The translations under genes and the position numbers were made by a program. Of a DNA stretch of 64,000 nucleotides, positions 8,160 through 21,789 are shown one piece after another. Source of the stretch: Diadema antillarum (Eukaryota); assembly GCF_040938485.1 (NCBI RefSeq), contig NW_027270946.1, positions 3,844,001 to 3,908,000 of the forward strand, in the 5' to 3' direction. The notes below the pieces were generated by a model. The model did not search any database and had not been told where the DNA came from. It saw only the letters and a list, made by a program, of their open reading frames with translations. Positions within the stretch are counted from its first letter, which is position 1, and every line of letters starts with the position of its first letter.

Positions 8160-10850
8160 TTGAAGCTTGAATCGATTTTAGTTCAGGTTACACCCAGGCT
8201 CCACCTGGTTGTCAGTTGAATAAATACATCCCCCACCTTTTTTCCCCTCTCATTTCTACGTCTCAAGTTGCTCGCTCGTGGAACTATAAGCTTTAGACCC
8301 CAATCATATCACCATGACAACAGTTGTCAAGGTAAAAATAGATGAGAGGATCTTCTTCAAATTGCTTCCTCCAATTTTGTATAGTGAAATGGATATCTTC
8401 AAATTGATTTAGTAAAGAGTCAAGACTGTGTGAACGCAAGCATGAAATTGGATATCTTCTTGATCCAAACTCCAGCTTCCATGCATATATTTTTTTCTCT
8501 CTCTCCAATAAATGCATTGGAGATGATTAATGTTCCTGTAGATACCAGACCAAGGTAGATTGGTTTTCTGCAGTGGAAATGATCTACCATCAAACCTGTT
8601 ACAAATGCTTAAGAGAATAATCTTCAGAACATGATACCAGAAGAGATGCAAAAGCACCAGAAGTTTTGGTCACTGGCATGGTGATGTAGTCACGATACAT
8701 GAATGCACTAAGTACAGAGATGCCAAGTTTCTCAGCCAGCTGAGGGTGAGAAAATTGTGGTAGTTAAGCAACAGGGAGTGGGGGTGGCAGATGCCTACCC
8801 CCTCAAGCTTTTTCATTTTGGAATTAGAAATTGTGCATGGTTATAATACAATTTTACTTGCATAATTCTCATCTATTGATTATGGAAGATGGTCCTTCAA
8901 GACATCATTCTGAGCACTTCTTGAGCAAATTTTGGACAAGGGTGAATGAGTCTAGAATGTTTGACGGACATCACTTAATAGATGGCAGAATTTTTAGAGA
9001 CCTCTTTGGATTATTTATGTAGAAAGAAAAATAGCTTTGAGATACAGCCATGTAGGTATCCTCTAGCCAACAAAAAGAGTAGAAGAAAGAGTTAGCCTTG
9101 CTCGCTTCATCATAAAATACTGGTTTCTCGTACAATATTTACTATTTTTCTACCTGCCGCATTTTCATTTTCTTCTTTCTTTTTTTCTTTCTTGGAAGTG
9201 TGAGAAAAAGATTGCTATTAAAAGCAGGTAAGCTTGAGTTGGGTTGCTGGGGAACGAGACTCATGCCATAGGTGTGAGACTTGGTAGGTCTGTAAGGAGC
9301 AATTTAATCTACAATCTAAAACTTGTGTGCATGCTTTCATCTGGACCATCTTCACTCTCTCCTAACTTTTTCTTTGTCTCTGTGAGACTTCTTGTCTTTC
9401 TCCTCCTCCCTGTGTCAGAATGTTCACCTTGACCTCATGGCCGGAGCACCTGGGGTAACACGATTCCCCAAGAACCTTGGCCCCTCTTTAATTAGACAGG
9501 AGAAAATCGACCCGACTCGACTAGGGCTTGAGATTAACCACAAATCTTCCGAATGGTGCCTTCCTCATCAGTCAGGTCCATTTTTGGGGGAGTCTGTATA
9601 CCACCTTTTCATCTGTGGCCATGCAGTCTAATATGTTGGGTGTGGCTTCAAAAGCTGTAGGATGCATGGGAAGATAATGTGGTACTGGCTTTACAAAGTT
9701 CTACATGCCTAAACCCAACAGCCAAGACGTGGCAAATATTTTCTCACAATTTGATATGGTAATTTTTGTGTGTGTGTGCTGTGCCAGAAGAGCATGCATT
9801 CATGCACACGTGTACTTGTATGGTCATTATTTCTCTACACTTCTTAAACCTTTTCTGTATTCCGAGTAGGGCCTACCAATTGGCACAGAACACCTCTTAA
9901 TATCCTACGCACTCTTCAAAGTCCCTGGCACAGACAGGGTTGAATATATACAGTACATTAGCATTGTTGAAATCTCCTTTTGAGTGCTCCTCACTTATTT
10001 ATGCAATGCAGGTTTTCTAGGAGCCTTGATGTACAGTCTTTAATGCCTGATCATCTAATCACTGTGTTTATATGCAAGTCTTGAATATGAGTACTTACAC
10101 ATGTGTCTGTGGGTGATGGCTTAACCTCGTGTGAGGCAAGGTGGATCTATAGGCCACACTGGATAGTCCATCATAGTGAGCTATATGGGTACGGTAATCA
10201 TAAAATATGGATGCATCATATATCTGAACCATCATGTGAGTTGGAAGGGTCGTTTCTATGGAGATGAGGTAAAGGCGTGCAATGAAAAGTGTCCTTGATG
10301 GAAAATGCAGAAATTATTGTTTGTGCAGCTTTGTCGTGTACTTCAATGCAGCGTCTATTTTTCATTACAGCATTTCTGCTTGTATGATGTAAGCATTATC
10401 GATTGAAAGTATTACCATGTGCTCTTAATGTCCGCCTCTTATGCTTCTTTTATGTGATGATCTTCTGCATTCCATTAGAGGACTTATTGTTATCGATTGA
10501 ACTAAGATATTTTTTTCCATCTTTGATGTTAACTCTCAACTGATTTGGGAAAAAATATATATTAACACACTATAGAAACATTTGAATGACACAATATTAA
10601 CTGGAAAAAAAAGATATAATACTTGAAGATAAACATTTTGCTCTCTTTCCCACTGAGATTTATTTTGTTTGCAAAAAATAGCATGTGACTAAACCAAGAG
10701 CACTTTTAACATATAATTTTTTACTTTTCCCCCTTCTTCTCTCTCCCCCCATCATTATCTTGGCTGTCCTATCACCGTTGATTCATCCATTCCAACCATG
10801 TGATCAATGAACAGGTGAGTTGTGTATGGAAATTAAGCAAATATTTTAAT

Positions 10851-10992
10851 CCTCAGATTTATGATTTCACATGTAAGTGTTCTCACCAAGGCACTTTCAA
10901 TGTCTAATCAAGTATGACAACTGTAGTTATACTTGATTAGACATTGAAAATGCTCTGATTAGAACATTTATGGTGAAACCATGAATCTTTGA
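10851..10992. repeat. Long imperfect palindrome (foldback element or hairpin)
   Basis: Core arms 10891-10918 and 10926-10953 match at 26/28 around a 7-nt loop; weaker pairing extends outward to about 10851/10992. Confidence 0.85.
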
Positions 10993-11625
10993 TGCTTATC
11001 AGCTACTTGTATTGATGCTAAGTACTGATTACACTGTATTTGTGGATAGTTTAGTATTTTGTTTGCTGTCCGTCCATGTATGTTATATATCCATCATACT
11101 GTCTGACAATCGAGCACAGAATTAAAGTTGGTAAAAACATATTTCTTATAGCACACTTTAAGAACATGGAGTGACAGGGTTTCTGTGTACTTTTTTTTGT
11201 GAGTGGTGGCATACCTTTTAAAAAGCTCATGTTACAGAGACATATTATATGAGCATGCATGCAGTCAGCTGCTAAATGGCTATCATAAGTTTTGATTTCA
11301 TCTGACCATCATGTACAGAATAAATCAGGATTAAAAAAAGAAATTAAAAACTTCAGAAAATAGTTGAAGACAATGGAGAAAGAAAAAATCAACCGCATGA
11401 AACATGGTGTCTTTGAAGTGAGGAAAAACGTGACAGGCGGAATTTACACGAGTCTCTCGACACGGGGATCGATGCACTGCGCCACTGCGTGCTTGTATCG
11501 CCATGGCGTGCGGCGCTCGTGCCGCTGGTGGTATTTCCAGATTCGGCCGGCGGGACACGTCTCTATTCTTCACAGCGGTGGGAACGTGATCAATACACAT
11601 TTTGGGGATGGCATCACCTGATTGT

Positions 11626-11639
11626 GTTGCCATGGAGAC
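11626..11639. promoter_or_regulatory. Candidate RFX X-box at the edge of a CpG-rich patch (~11400-11650)
   Basis: GTTGCCATGGAGAC fits the RFX palindromic X-box (GTTGCCATGGNAAC type); local CpG enrichment against depleted flanks. Confidence 0.45.
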
Positions 11640-13218
11640 CGTTTCCACAGGGAGGCATGCATCAATGCTTTAGATGTGAGATTATTGGGATGGACAGCGT
11701 GTGTCCCAACATATCCGTTTCCTTACAAATTTCCCAATCACATCCTTACCTTTTCTCTTCTGGTATGTTTCTGCATTACGTTGTTGTGTTTTCCCGCAAG
11801 CTGTCATGACAGACTCAAAGGGAAAGCCTTTACAATCAATGTGCGATGACACTTTCTGAATGAAATTTATTCTCATTGAATATTGTTTGAATGCATGCAT
11901 AGGAATATCTTGCAGTGACTACAGAAATCTGAAGCAGAAGGCAGTTTAGCAGAGGGATATGAAATTAATCACAAAGATGTAAAAGATGATAACATTTCGA
12001 CTGCCTGTAGTACTCTGGACCCAATAATAAGGGTAAAGAGATAAGGACAGCCATTCATGTTTATGCACTAAATAAACTTCAGTGGATGGTGTCTCGATCT
12101 TACAAAGATCACTTTGGGATATATGAAGAGGCAGCAGTAGTGAATGGGTTAAAAACCCGCTGGTAATCTCCTATTAACTTTTCTCGTTGCCCTAAGTGGT
12201 CTCGTCACCACTGATGTATTTGCCAGGTATGAACAAGAGGAGAGAGAGACATTCCCCAACCACAGCTTGAACTGGGACGCTGATTCCCCACAATTACTGT
12301 TTGATTATACCAGCCATAGACAAATCAAAACAATTTAAGCACCATCAAGCGATTAGGAGGTAATCATCGTGCCAGACTCGTGACAGATGCAGTTATGGGC
12401 AGAGTGGAAACCCATGTGCACTAAATGCAAATAGGCACCATCTTTAGAGGTGTGTAAATTGTCACTTCAGAGGTGTTATGATTTGACATATCATTGGCTA
12501 TCACCAGTTTGGTCAACTGGCATTCTGACCATCCAGCTTACCCCACTCCCACCCCCATCCTTCTGTATTTAGTCTGTGCTTCAGACCTTCAAACCTGCCC
12601 TCGGCATCATGATTGTGAATATTAACCTGCCCTCCATCATGCAATAATGTCAAAATGCTTCAAGTGCATATTTCGGTTTATCAATACAACGGATCATTCC
12701 GATGATTCTGCAGTGTATTATTGCTAGTGCAGCCCTCAGCGTCACTGCCCTCAAATTGTTACAATCTCTCGTAAAGTTTGTCCATAAATAGCATCCACTT
12801 TTTAGAACAAAAAGGTTGTCAAATCCTTGGTCATATAGATCAGATCATTTTCAACTTGTGAATATGAAAATAGTCAAGGACATGGGCTCGTTACAATGCC
12901 TCCACAAGCTGAATGATGTCGTATGTTTGCCACTTAACTGGGGTAGGGAATCTTTGACATGAGCAAATAAGGTGGTTTTGAATGCTGTGTATAGGATGCA
13001 CACAGTTGTACTCAACAGGGCATTTTGGTTTTAGTGATTCTGACCTCAGATGCCCAGAACCCCCTCTGAACTACTGAAAGTCAGCACATACAACTTCTGA
13101 ATTGGAAGATCTGTTGAGAAAGTGATGGTAATTTCAGAAAAATTAACTGATACTGACGATGAGTGGGGTTAGTGGTGGCAGAGTTACCAAGTCTGCCCCA
13201 TTTTTGTAGATAGCTCCC

Positions 13219-13311
13219 TTAACCCGTTGAGAACGAGTCCCAAGTATACTCGGGTAGATGTCTATGGGAAATGCGTGTTATAGCAAAATCAGCTCGTCCT
13301 CAATGGGTTAA
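13219..13311 (+). mobile_element. ~85-bp piggyBac-like MITE, copy 2
   Basis: TTAA-CCCGTTGAGA...CCTCAATGGG-TTAA. Confidence 0.85.
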
Positions 13312-14744
13312 AACTTAGATATCTCTGCATGTCGTGATATGAGAAACTGAAAGCACCTCTGAGTTGAGAATTATTTTTACTCATTGAGATGTATGCGTAA
13401 CATGGAGGTATCCTCTTTAATCGCTCCCTGAAACCCTCATAGCTTTGATGCGTGAATGCCGCTGGCAGTTCTCTGCTTGTGATGCTCGATAAGTGAGAGA
13501 AGAGCTCTCTTCTGGAAGGAAGACTAGACTACCTCTTCCATCACTCAGCGAAACTGTCAACCCTTCCGATCCCTGCATCAGCGAAACGATGACGGACAGC
13601 CGAGATGAATCCACCGCTTTTGAATCTTCCATCTTGGGGACAATCCGTTGGTAACCGGAGACGGGAAGGACTGTTAGTCACGCATCCCAGTCCCCCAGGG
13701 CGTGGCTCCGCACTGTTCCCCCACTTTGAATATGTTAATGCTCAATTTTTGTGTTACCTTAATAAACCAAGAACAGGCTTTGGGTATTGCACGTGATGAC
13801 TGCAGTGGATACTCCGAATCATGAAGACAGTGCATTCCTGAACCTTGTGCATCGATACAATGATAAATCGTTTTTTTACTTTCAACTACCACTGTAAATG
13901 GCAAAGTTGACTGTAATTCTCTTTGACATGATTCCATGTCGAATGATGTGTTAATAAGAAAGTCACATCAAGCAGCCAAAAGGAAGTAAAAGAAAAGGTA
14001 AAAAAAAAAAATGTGTTCCAATTTTGCTCTTGCAAAGGATTAACCCATCAGCCTTTGGTTACAGCATTCCATGTCAGAGAGAGGTGTGCGTAGCAGGCAG
14101 TCAGGGCAGCTGACTACTCGGTCGATATTGGTTTAGCTGCTGTAATCACACACACACCAGCAAGGTACACACGATGGAAAGGACATTAGTGTTCAGATCA
14201 CGTTAAGCAAGCAGAGACAGAAAGATACAGGGGCTGGGAGACAGACAGAGAGACAGTAATAAAGACAGAGATATAGAGGGGGAGAGAGGAAAGATATATA
14301 GAGAAAGTGCAATTAAAAGATGATATAAGGGCTGGATATTGATACAAAGAGAAGGCAGCAGGGCAAGAGTGAGAGACAAACAAAAATCAGGAAAAGATGA
14401 GAAAGAGAAGAAAGAAAAGATGATAGAAGGGAAGATGCTGATAGAGGAGAAAAGGCAGAGAATCGTGTGAGGGAGAGATAGTGAGAGAGAGAGAGAGAGA
14501 GATTGAAGCAGAACATGTAGAGTATAACATAATATATAAGACTGATAGAGAATTCAGAAGAAACATACATGTGTTACTCAGAAAGAGAAAAAAATGTAGT
14601 AAATAGAGAAGATGATGGAAGGGATTACATCAATACAAAAAGAAGAGAGAGACAAGGTAAAGTGCGTGATTTCACCCAGCTGCACTCTCTGCAATGAATG
14701 GAGCAAAGTGCAGGATATAAAACTTCATGGCAACCACTATGAAG

Positions 14745-15382
14745 GGATTATTAAACTAAGCTGAAAGTTTGCACATCATTAAGTATGAAGAGTTTGTTTG
14801 CAACAACCAATAAGTCCATTTTTGAAGATTTTTAAGTACGGTCTCTGTCATAAAGCACGAAATAATATCTTTTAAATGATATAATGGTCACTACATATAA
14901 AGGTATATTTTTTAAGTTATGGTCAAAAGAAGCAAAATTTTTCTTATTATTCTCTTTGTTTTTCTTGACCTTTAATCGCAAATATCTCAATATGGCAAAT
15001 ATGGACTTATCGGTTTTTGCGAACAAACTCTTCGTATGTTCTTTTCATGACCAGTACACTAACCCCAATGCAATAGCATCATCCTTTCACAAATCTTTAG
15101 AGTTGAAAGTGAAAAGTGTTTTAAGGGTCTCTATTGCTTCAAGTCCTTAAATCTGTGAAAGCCTGTATCAGATCGTAACAAAGTGTTCAGAAAAAAAAGA
15201 GAAAAAAGGCAATTTCCCATTTGTTTTATATGATCCCAAACTTTTTGAAATATTTTGTAGAAGAATCAGTCCTTTGGAAAGTAAAATGAACTATAAATTG
15301 ACTAGATTTTGCCCTTTTACCTGTTTGGAGTTCTCCTTGAAAATCAGGTTGTGCGGCTTTTTGTGATGAACAGTCACATGTG
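14745..15382. mobile_element. Probable old non-autonomous DNA transposon fragment; left boundary uncertain
   Basis: Ends in GTCACATGTG, the reverse complement of CACATGTGAC at 22971, and shares TTTAATCGCAAATAT with 23206-23220. Confidence 0.35.
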
Positions 15383-15631
15383 AGCTAGAGGGAGAGGGAG
15401 AGAGAAACAAGTACCACATTGAGAAAATGACAAGAGTTTCATTGATACAGAAAGGAAACAGAAATACAATTGAAGGAGAGATATCAAAAAAAGAGTGCTA
15501 TATGAGGTAAAGTTGACACACGGAGAGGAAAAAATAAAAGTTCAAGAGAGAAAGATAGAAGGAACGAGAGATAGATAAATAGCTGGAGAGAAAAAAAGAA
15601 AGAGGGGGTTACTAAATAGAGAGAGAAGAAT

Positions 15632-15666
<35 letters not shown>

Positions 15667-15965
15667 TAGATAGATAGCTGGAGAAAGAAAGAGAAAAAGA
15701 GATTTGAATACTAGATAGAGAGAGATGAGAGAGATGGAAGAGAGATGCAAATCATGTTAAGGTTATTGAGGGGACAGAGAAGGAACTGGTTCCACTTGAC
15801 ATACATCTATCAATCACAGACACTAATGCTATTGGTGTTGCATATTTGCTAGGGCTGGTCACACTGTCACACTGGAATGCATTTGGTTTCACATACGATT
15901 GATTGAATGCCGAAAGAGTCCTAACTCATTTATTATGACATCACTGAAGTCTTCCAATGGAGCAG

Positions 15966-16132
15966 TACTGTAAAACCAGATATGTTTGCATGCATTTTGA
16001 TTACGTGAATTTCACGAGAGCCAAGATTCATGAAATTAAATACATGCGAAAGTGCTTGTCTACACAATGTGCATTGAATGCTACCAGCAATTTTTGAAAA
16101 TTTCATGCCGTGAAAATATCTTGCTTTCAGTA
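15966..16132. mobile_element. TA-CTGTA MITE, CpG-decayed copy
   Basis: TACTGTAAAAC...GCTTTCAGTA termini; aligns to the reverse complement of 34780-34973. Confidence 0.8.
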
Positions 16133-18610
16133 TTAGCCTCATAACTAAAACATGTAAGCTGAATTATAGTAAGAGAATAATGATATTGGCTGGCAATGAT
16201 ACATGTGCTTGTTATGATTTTGTTTGTTTTTTGTTTGTTTGTTTGTTTGTTTGTTTGTTTGTTTGATTGTTTGATTTTGTGTGTGTGTGTGTGTGTGCAT
16301 ATGTGTGTGTTTTACAGAAACATGATATGCTTTTCATTCATGAGACAAGGTTGAGGACAGCTAAAATAATTATTATCCCAATCTTAAACCTATTGCCTTC
16401 TGCAACTGGATAGGTCATATGTGGGAAAAAAAATGAGGATTTGTGATATTTCAGAGGTAAAGGCACAATGTGGCAATCTGCTATGAATTACACTCTCCAT
16501 TGGGTGATGCTATCAGAAATCAAATCATTTAGCAAGCAGCTGGCCAGGGACGTTGGGGCTAGCAAGCCCAACACTCACTGTGCTCAATCTCTGAAGCAAG
16601 CAAAATTGTGTGCGCTGCCCTCTTGTGGGAGAAACACTGCAGGATCGTGGGATTCTTATCCGTTTTGCTTTTGTGCAGCCATGGACTTGCAATGTTGCAG
16701 GTCCACGCATGGTGCATTCAACTAATATGAGAACGTAAGGACCAACCTTCTCAACAATGCAGTGTGTCTACTTGAAATTCTTGACTCAAACATACACAAC
16801 CACAATTTATGTCATCTTATCTAACTGCTTTATAGCAAAGATGAAAGGGAAGTGGGGTATTATAAGGTAAGATAGAGTTGGTATGTATCTTTTTAAACTG
16901 TACATTTCTTGGAAGCAGTATGATTCTGTGGCAAATATGAAAACAAATTCATGTTTATTACTTGTCTTAGACTTTGCTTCATGGTGCATATTGTCTTTTT
17001 TTTGGGGGGGGGTATCAGTAGGCACAAAAATATAACAATCATGAAAGTTAATTTACAGGTAGGCCTATAATAAAAATGTGTATTAGAGACCACGTTTTGT
17101 AATTGAGACTAGAATAAAAATAATACTTCATCCTAATCCAGAAATATGCAAAGTATGAAAACAGTATATGTATATAGGCACCTGTTGTGTTAGGCCACAA
17201 ATAAAACATGAAAACATAACCATGCTGTAAGCATTTTGAATCTACTCATGACAGGATTTTTTTTTTCTTGAACTTTTTTATGTGACAATCCAGGTATGCG
17301 AGGCTATAAACAATCTATGTAAAACTTCACGGACTAATACCATATAGAGCAAGTTTAAAGATACTTCTTTAGATTAAGTATGGTTTGATGACATGAACTA
17401 TCTGGGGACTTTTAATGTCTTTTTTTGGAAGTTAGGAGAAAAGGTTTTGAAACTTTTAATGCTGGGGCATAAAAATGGAGCAATAAAGAAATAATATCGA
17501 GTGGAGTAGAGTTTAAAATTCTTCCAATTATTATATGATATTCTCTTCTGCCCCTGAGTCCGTCTCACATGAGACCAAAATTGGGGTCAAAGGTGAAACT
17601 CAAATGCATGTCATCATGGCTCCAGAGATCATGACGGGTGTAGAGTATATACATGAAGACTCATTGTCGGGGATGGGTGGGTTGACAATTGATGGGTGTG
17701 GTGGTAGTGGGGGTGGTGGTAAGGGGGGGGGGGGGGGGGACAGGGTAAAGTTAGAGACATTGGAGTTCAGGTGCAGCTCCCCGGAGACTTTCATTCTCAG
17801 CCCATTCTATGTTGTCTTCCCCATTCATGTTGAGAGGATTGGCTGATAGAGAGAGATTCGTCAGACCGAGTGTTGTCTGACGGGGAAGAATGGCGTGCGC
17901 TCCAATGCAAGACATGTTTGATCATGCCTGGGGGGTAGACGATGACTGTCATGTACAATGCCTTTCATTTGACATTCTTCAGAGGAGGGAGAGGATTGAG
18001 TAGAATAGCATATCATCATTTTATGCCCCACACCATTATATTTGGTGGCACCAAATGCGGTGTAAAAGACCATTGTCCTCTCACAACAGATCCCGACAAT
18101 CAATGTGACACTATAAATGATTACGGGCCTCATTGAATTCCGAGCTGTAAATTTACCAAAGAATGCTCTTGTATCTCTGTAGCAGTTTCACCTGTTAAAA
18201 GGGCAAAAGGGGAAGGGGGGGGGGGGGGGTCATTAAAGGAAATATGATTCACTATGGTAGTAGACAGCGAGAAATAGTCATAGTGCTTTGCCCAAGGGTG
18301 TCATCATTTTTAAGAACTGCTTAAAGATTTTTCCTGCTCTGGTTTGCTGATGGGTAACATGACACACACGAAACGAGATCTCAGTATACGTAGACGCAGA
18401 ATCAGTTTGCATTGAAAGGAAAGAGAGAGAGAGAGAGAGAGAGCGTGCTCCACAGGTAGAGACTGACATATGAACAGAGAGAGCAAGGTGTTACAGGTTT
18501 TGCAGAAATTAACTGCAAATATGTTCATGTCAAAGTAATCTTAAATATTGCATTCACATTGACTGAAGAATTTGTACAGGTGTTGCACGGATGCAATGCC
18601 TAGGTATTAA

Positions 18611-19170
18611 AGGACAAGTTCACCCTCGTAGACATGTGGGTTGAGTGAATGCAGCAATATTAGTAGAACACATCAGTGAGAGTTTGAACAAAATCGGACA
18701 ATCTGTTAAAAAGTTATGAATTTTTGAAGTTTCTGCTCAGTCATGGCTGGATGAAAAGACTGCTATAGCTTGTGATGTCACATGAGTACAACGATATAAA
18801 GAAAGAATAAAGAAAATTCAACATATTTCCATTTTTCTCGCATAACAAAAGAACACTCGACTTCTCTCTTTCAGAAGGCAGGGGGAATAATATTACCCTT
18901 AACATACGTCAGTAGCAAGTCGAAGAAATGTGCACTTTATTCAAAAAGTAAAGTTTTGTGAAATTGTCTTTTTATTTTCCTTTTTATAGTTGTACACATG
19001 TGACATCATACACTGTAGTAGTCTTCTCTTCCAGCAGTGACTGCGCAGACACTTGAAATATTCGTAACTTTTGAACGGATTGTCCAATTTTCCTCAAACT
19101 TTCACTGATGCGTTCTACTAATATTGCTGCATTCTCTCAATTCTTATGTATATGAAGGTGGACTTGTCCT
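18611..19170. mobile_element. Kolobok-like non-autonomous element with long TIRs
   Basis: TTAA|AGGACAAGTTCACC...GGTGGACTTGTCCT|TTCA; imperfect inverted homology extends over 100 bp. TTAA target with RR...YY ends is the Kolobok signature. Confidence 0.8.
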
Positions 19171-21397
19171 TTCAACCGCGACAGCCCAGTTGCAGATTCT
19201 TCACCCTGCTCTCCCTCTCTTGGAACAACTTCAATGCATACCTGTGTTTCGTCATATCTTTGTAATTTGTGCCAAAGTGTAGCATCGTTCACTCTTGTAA
19301 TATCTGCTTCAATAAGGTGGTGCTATGTTTGTTTTTGATGCTTCTATAGTAGCTAACCTGCCCTGATGAAGAGATAGGATTATATCTTTTCATGCCTATT
19401 GAAATCAAAACAAAATGATATTGAGATTAGTATACAAGTGTCATCTTCCTACCTGAAGATAAAGTAAGTCTAATACAGGACCGATGTTACTATGATTGTT
19501 TCCATATTTGAAATCAACTCTGAATATTTATGCGCAACTGATCTACCATGTTCCTGCGAGATGGTTGTTGTTGCTGCAAGTAACACAGAGTAACACTGAC
19601 CTTATTGCTGAAAAGCCAGTGGATTATATTGTAATTATGGCATTTATGACAATTATACCATTATGACATTTGGCTGAGAAGAACTTACATTGAAAGATGT
19701 AAAATACACCAAACTGCTGTTGTGTGTTCCCCCCATCATGGTAAGATAGGAAATGATAATGATTTTATTGTCATAATGATATACAGTCAATTGAAATGGG
19801 ATATTTAATTGTGTGTGAAGCTTGATGATCGCTGCAATAGGAATTCAACTGGAAGATGAAAGTGCATTCACTGTCAGAAAGGCACCATTTTAAGTACTGC
19901 GCTCACATAGGTGTCGGGTTTGCCACCGTGCTCTCGAACTGACTGGAACCGTGTGATGTGAAATTCAAAATCCTGTGAGGAATCGTGCTAGGAGTCGTCG
20001 TCGCAGAGCGTGGTGTGAATGCACGACGTGTCCGCACCCTTGAAGGACATCAGTCAATGAAGAGCTTTTTGTTGCTCATCGGGTCCACAATTGCGGTTGG
20101 CCCAAAACGTGTCACAAAATTATTCTGTCTGAATCAACTCGCCAGGTTCTGAGGTTAACAGTATGAATGAGTTGAAGTTTGTACTTGTTTTCCTTTCTCT
20201 CAGAGTTATCATTGGACTTTTTTTATATCTTTTTTTTTCCTTTTTGCTGTGAATTTCCCCGTTGCTCCAGCAATACACCAGTGCATGCTTGTCACATTGA
20301 TTTTGTAGTATTCTCTTCCCGATTGGAAAATAACATAACATTCTAGCCATCTGTTCAGTGAAGAAATCATGTCTGATAAGCTGAGAATATAGTACATCAG
20401 CGTCAACTCTCCATATCTCTATCTGCCCTTATTGACAGAAGTTTTGATTACTGAGGAAGCTGGTATGTGTTGAAAAAGACCAGGCTGGGATTATTTTGGG
20501 ACTCTGCAAGTGAGCTTATATGTGCATGTTGGGTATCACGTTTGCTTCAAATTGACAGTTGCTTGGCTGGCGTGTGAAGTTTGGCATCACCCCGTGCGAT
20601 ATTGGGAACCGAGTCGCGATGATGCTACGCTGGATTCAGGATGTCATCACCATTATGTCAGATGATGACAGCACTGATACATGTGTGGAGTCTGACGGGT
20701 GTGTATACCACAAGGCAATAACAACAAGAAAAAATCCTCAGAAATCTTGAAAAACAAACAAACAAAAAAGCAAACTTTAAGTGAGGGTGTTCAACACTAA
20801 GATGACAGATTGATAGGAATAGATAGTTCAATATATTATGTGATAAACTTGTGTGAGGATGGAATTCTGCAATACACACAAAAACTTTGTGTGTATACCT
20901 AAAGCAAAAATTAAATTTTGAATTTGTAGAGAGTATCATATAACTGTAACAACAGGTTCTTTTTGTCAGTCCTGCATCATTTCAACACACGGATGATTAA
21001 AAGATGATCTAATGTATTGTGTCGTGAAGTTCACATATTCCAGAACTCTGCTCTAATTCTTGCAAAAAATTTTGAGATGAGCAAAAATTGCCGAGTAGAG
21101 CATAACACAATTTGTATACATGCATCGTGATCCATGGTTCTTTCCATGTTGAATGAGAACAATTATATTTACTTTATTTGTCGGAAGTGCGAGCTGACAG
21201 AATGTTTTGGTATTCTCCCTTTTTTTATAACTTTCAACTGCAGTATGATTGAATAGTTTGAAAAATTGTGATTCAAGTTATTCAGAATTTTGGGACCAGT
21301 TTCCCAAATGTTTCATTGAGTGTTTTGAGAATGCGAGCATAAAATCTCTGGCTTTGTGTAGTTGCCTCACTATCGATGGAGCAAAAAGAAGTCTTGC

Positions 21398-21789
21398 TTA
21401 AGGAGATAGTACAGTGTTGGTGGAGATGAGAATTGGGCTTTTATTTTTTTTTTGCGAGATACCAAGAAAACACTTATGATATAGAACAGAGCATACCACT
21501 TTAAGAGGAATTCAAAGTTTATTTGATGAAAATCGGGTTTGGAATGACTGAAACATCCAAAAACAAAGTAAAACAAAGCGATCGTAATGAAGTGTGGGTC
21601 CCACACTTTATTAGAATCACTCTTTTTTGGATATCTCAGCCATTTCAAAACCAATTTTCATCAAATAAATGTTGAATTCCTCATAGAATTACATGCTCCT
21701 TCATATTTCATAAGAGGTTTCTCATTATCTCACCAAAAGATGTCAGAAACCTGAAATTAGGTCTCAACCAAAACTATACGAACCCTTAA
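21398..21789. mobile_element. Kolobok-like MITE; inverted copy of the 49716-50096 family
   Basis: TTAA-flanked; nearly the reverse complement of 49716-50096, producing the same spurious ORF MVLKWL..YPK..D. Confidence 0.85.

Noticed and set aside
8290-8660. Overlapping 74-82-aa minus-strand ORFs after the gap
   Set aside because: No recognisable family; hydrophobic snippets are explained by base composition.
12197-12226. Possible 30-nt exon reading GLVTTDVFAR, resembling DEAD-box motif V
   Set aside because: Weak AAG acceptor and no other helicase motifs anywhere in the window.
12680-12728. Frame reading DDSAVYYC, an Ig V-domain-like motif
   Set aside because: Immediately followed by TAG; no upstream Cys/Trp of an Ig fold and no splice sites.
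21370-21654. Duplicated ORF MVLKWL.YPK..D (also 49847-50275)
   Set aside because: Chance reading frame within copies of the same Kolobok-like MITE.
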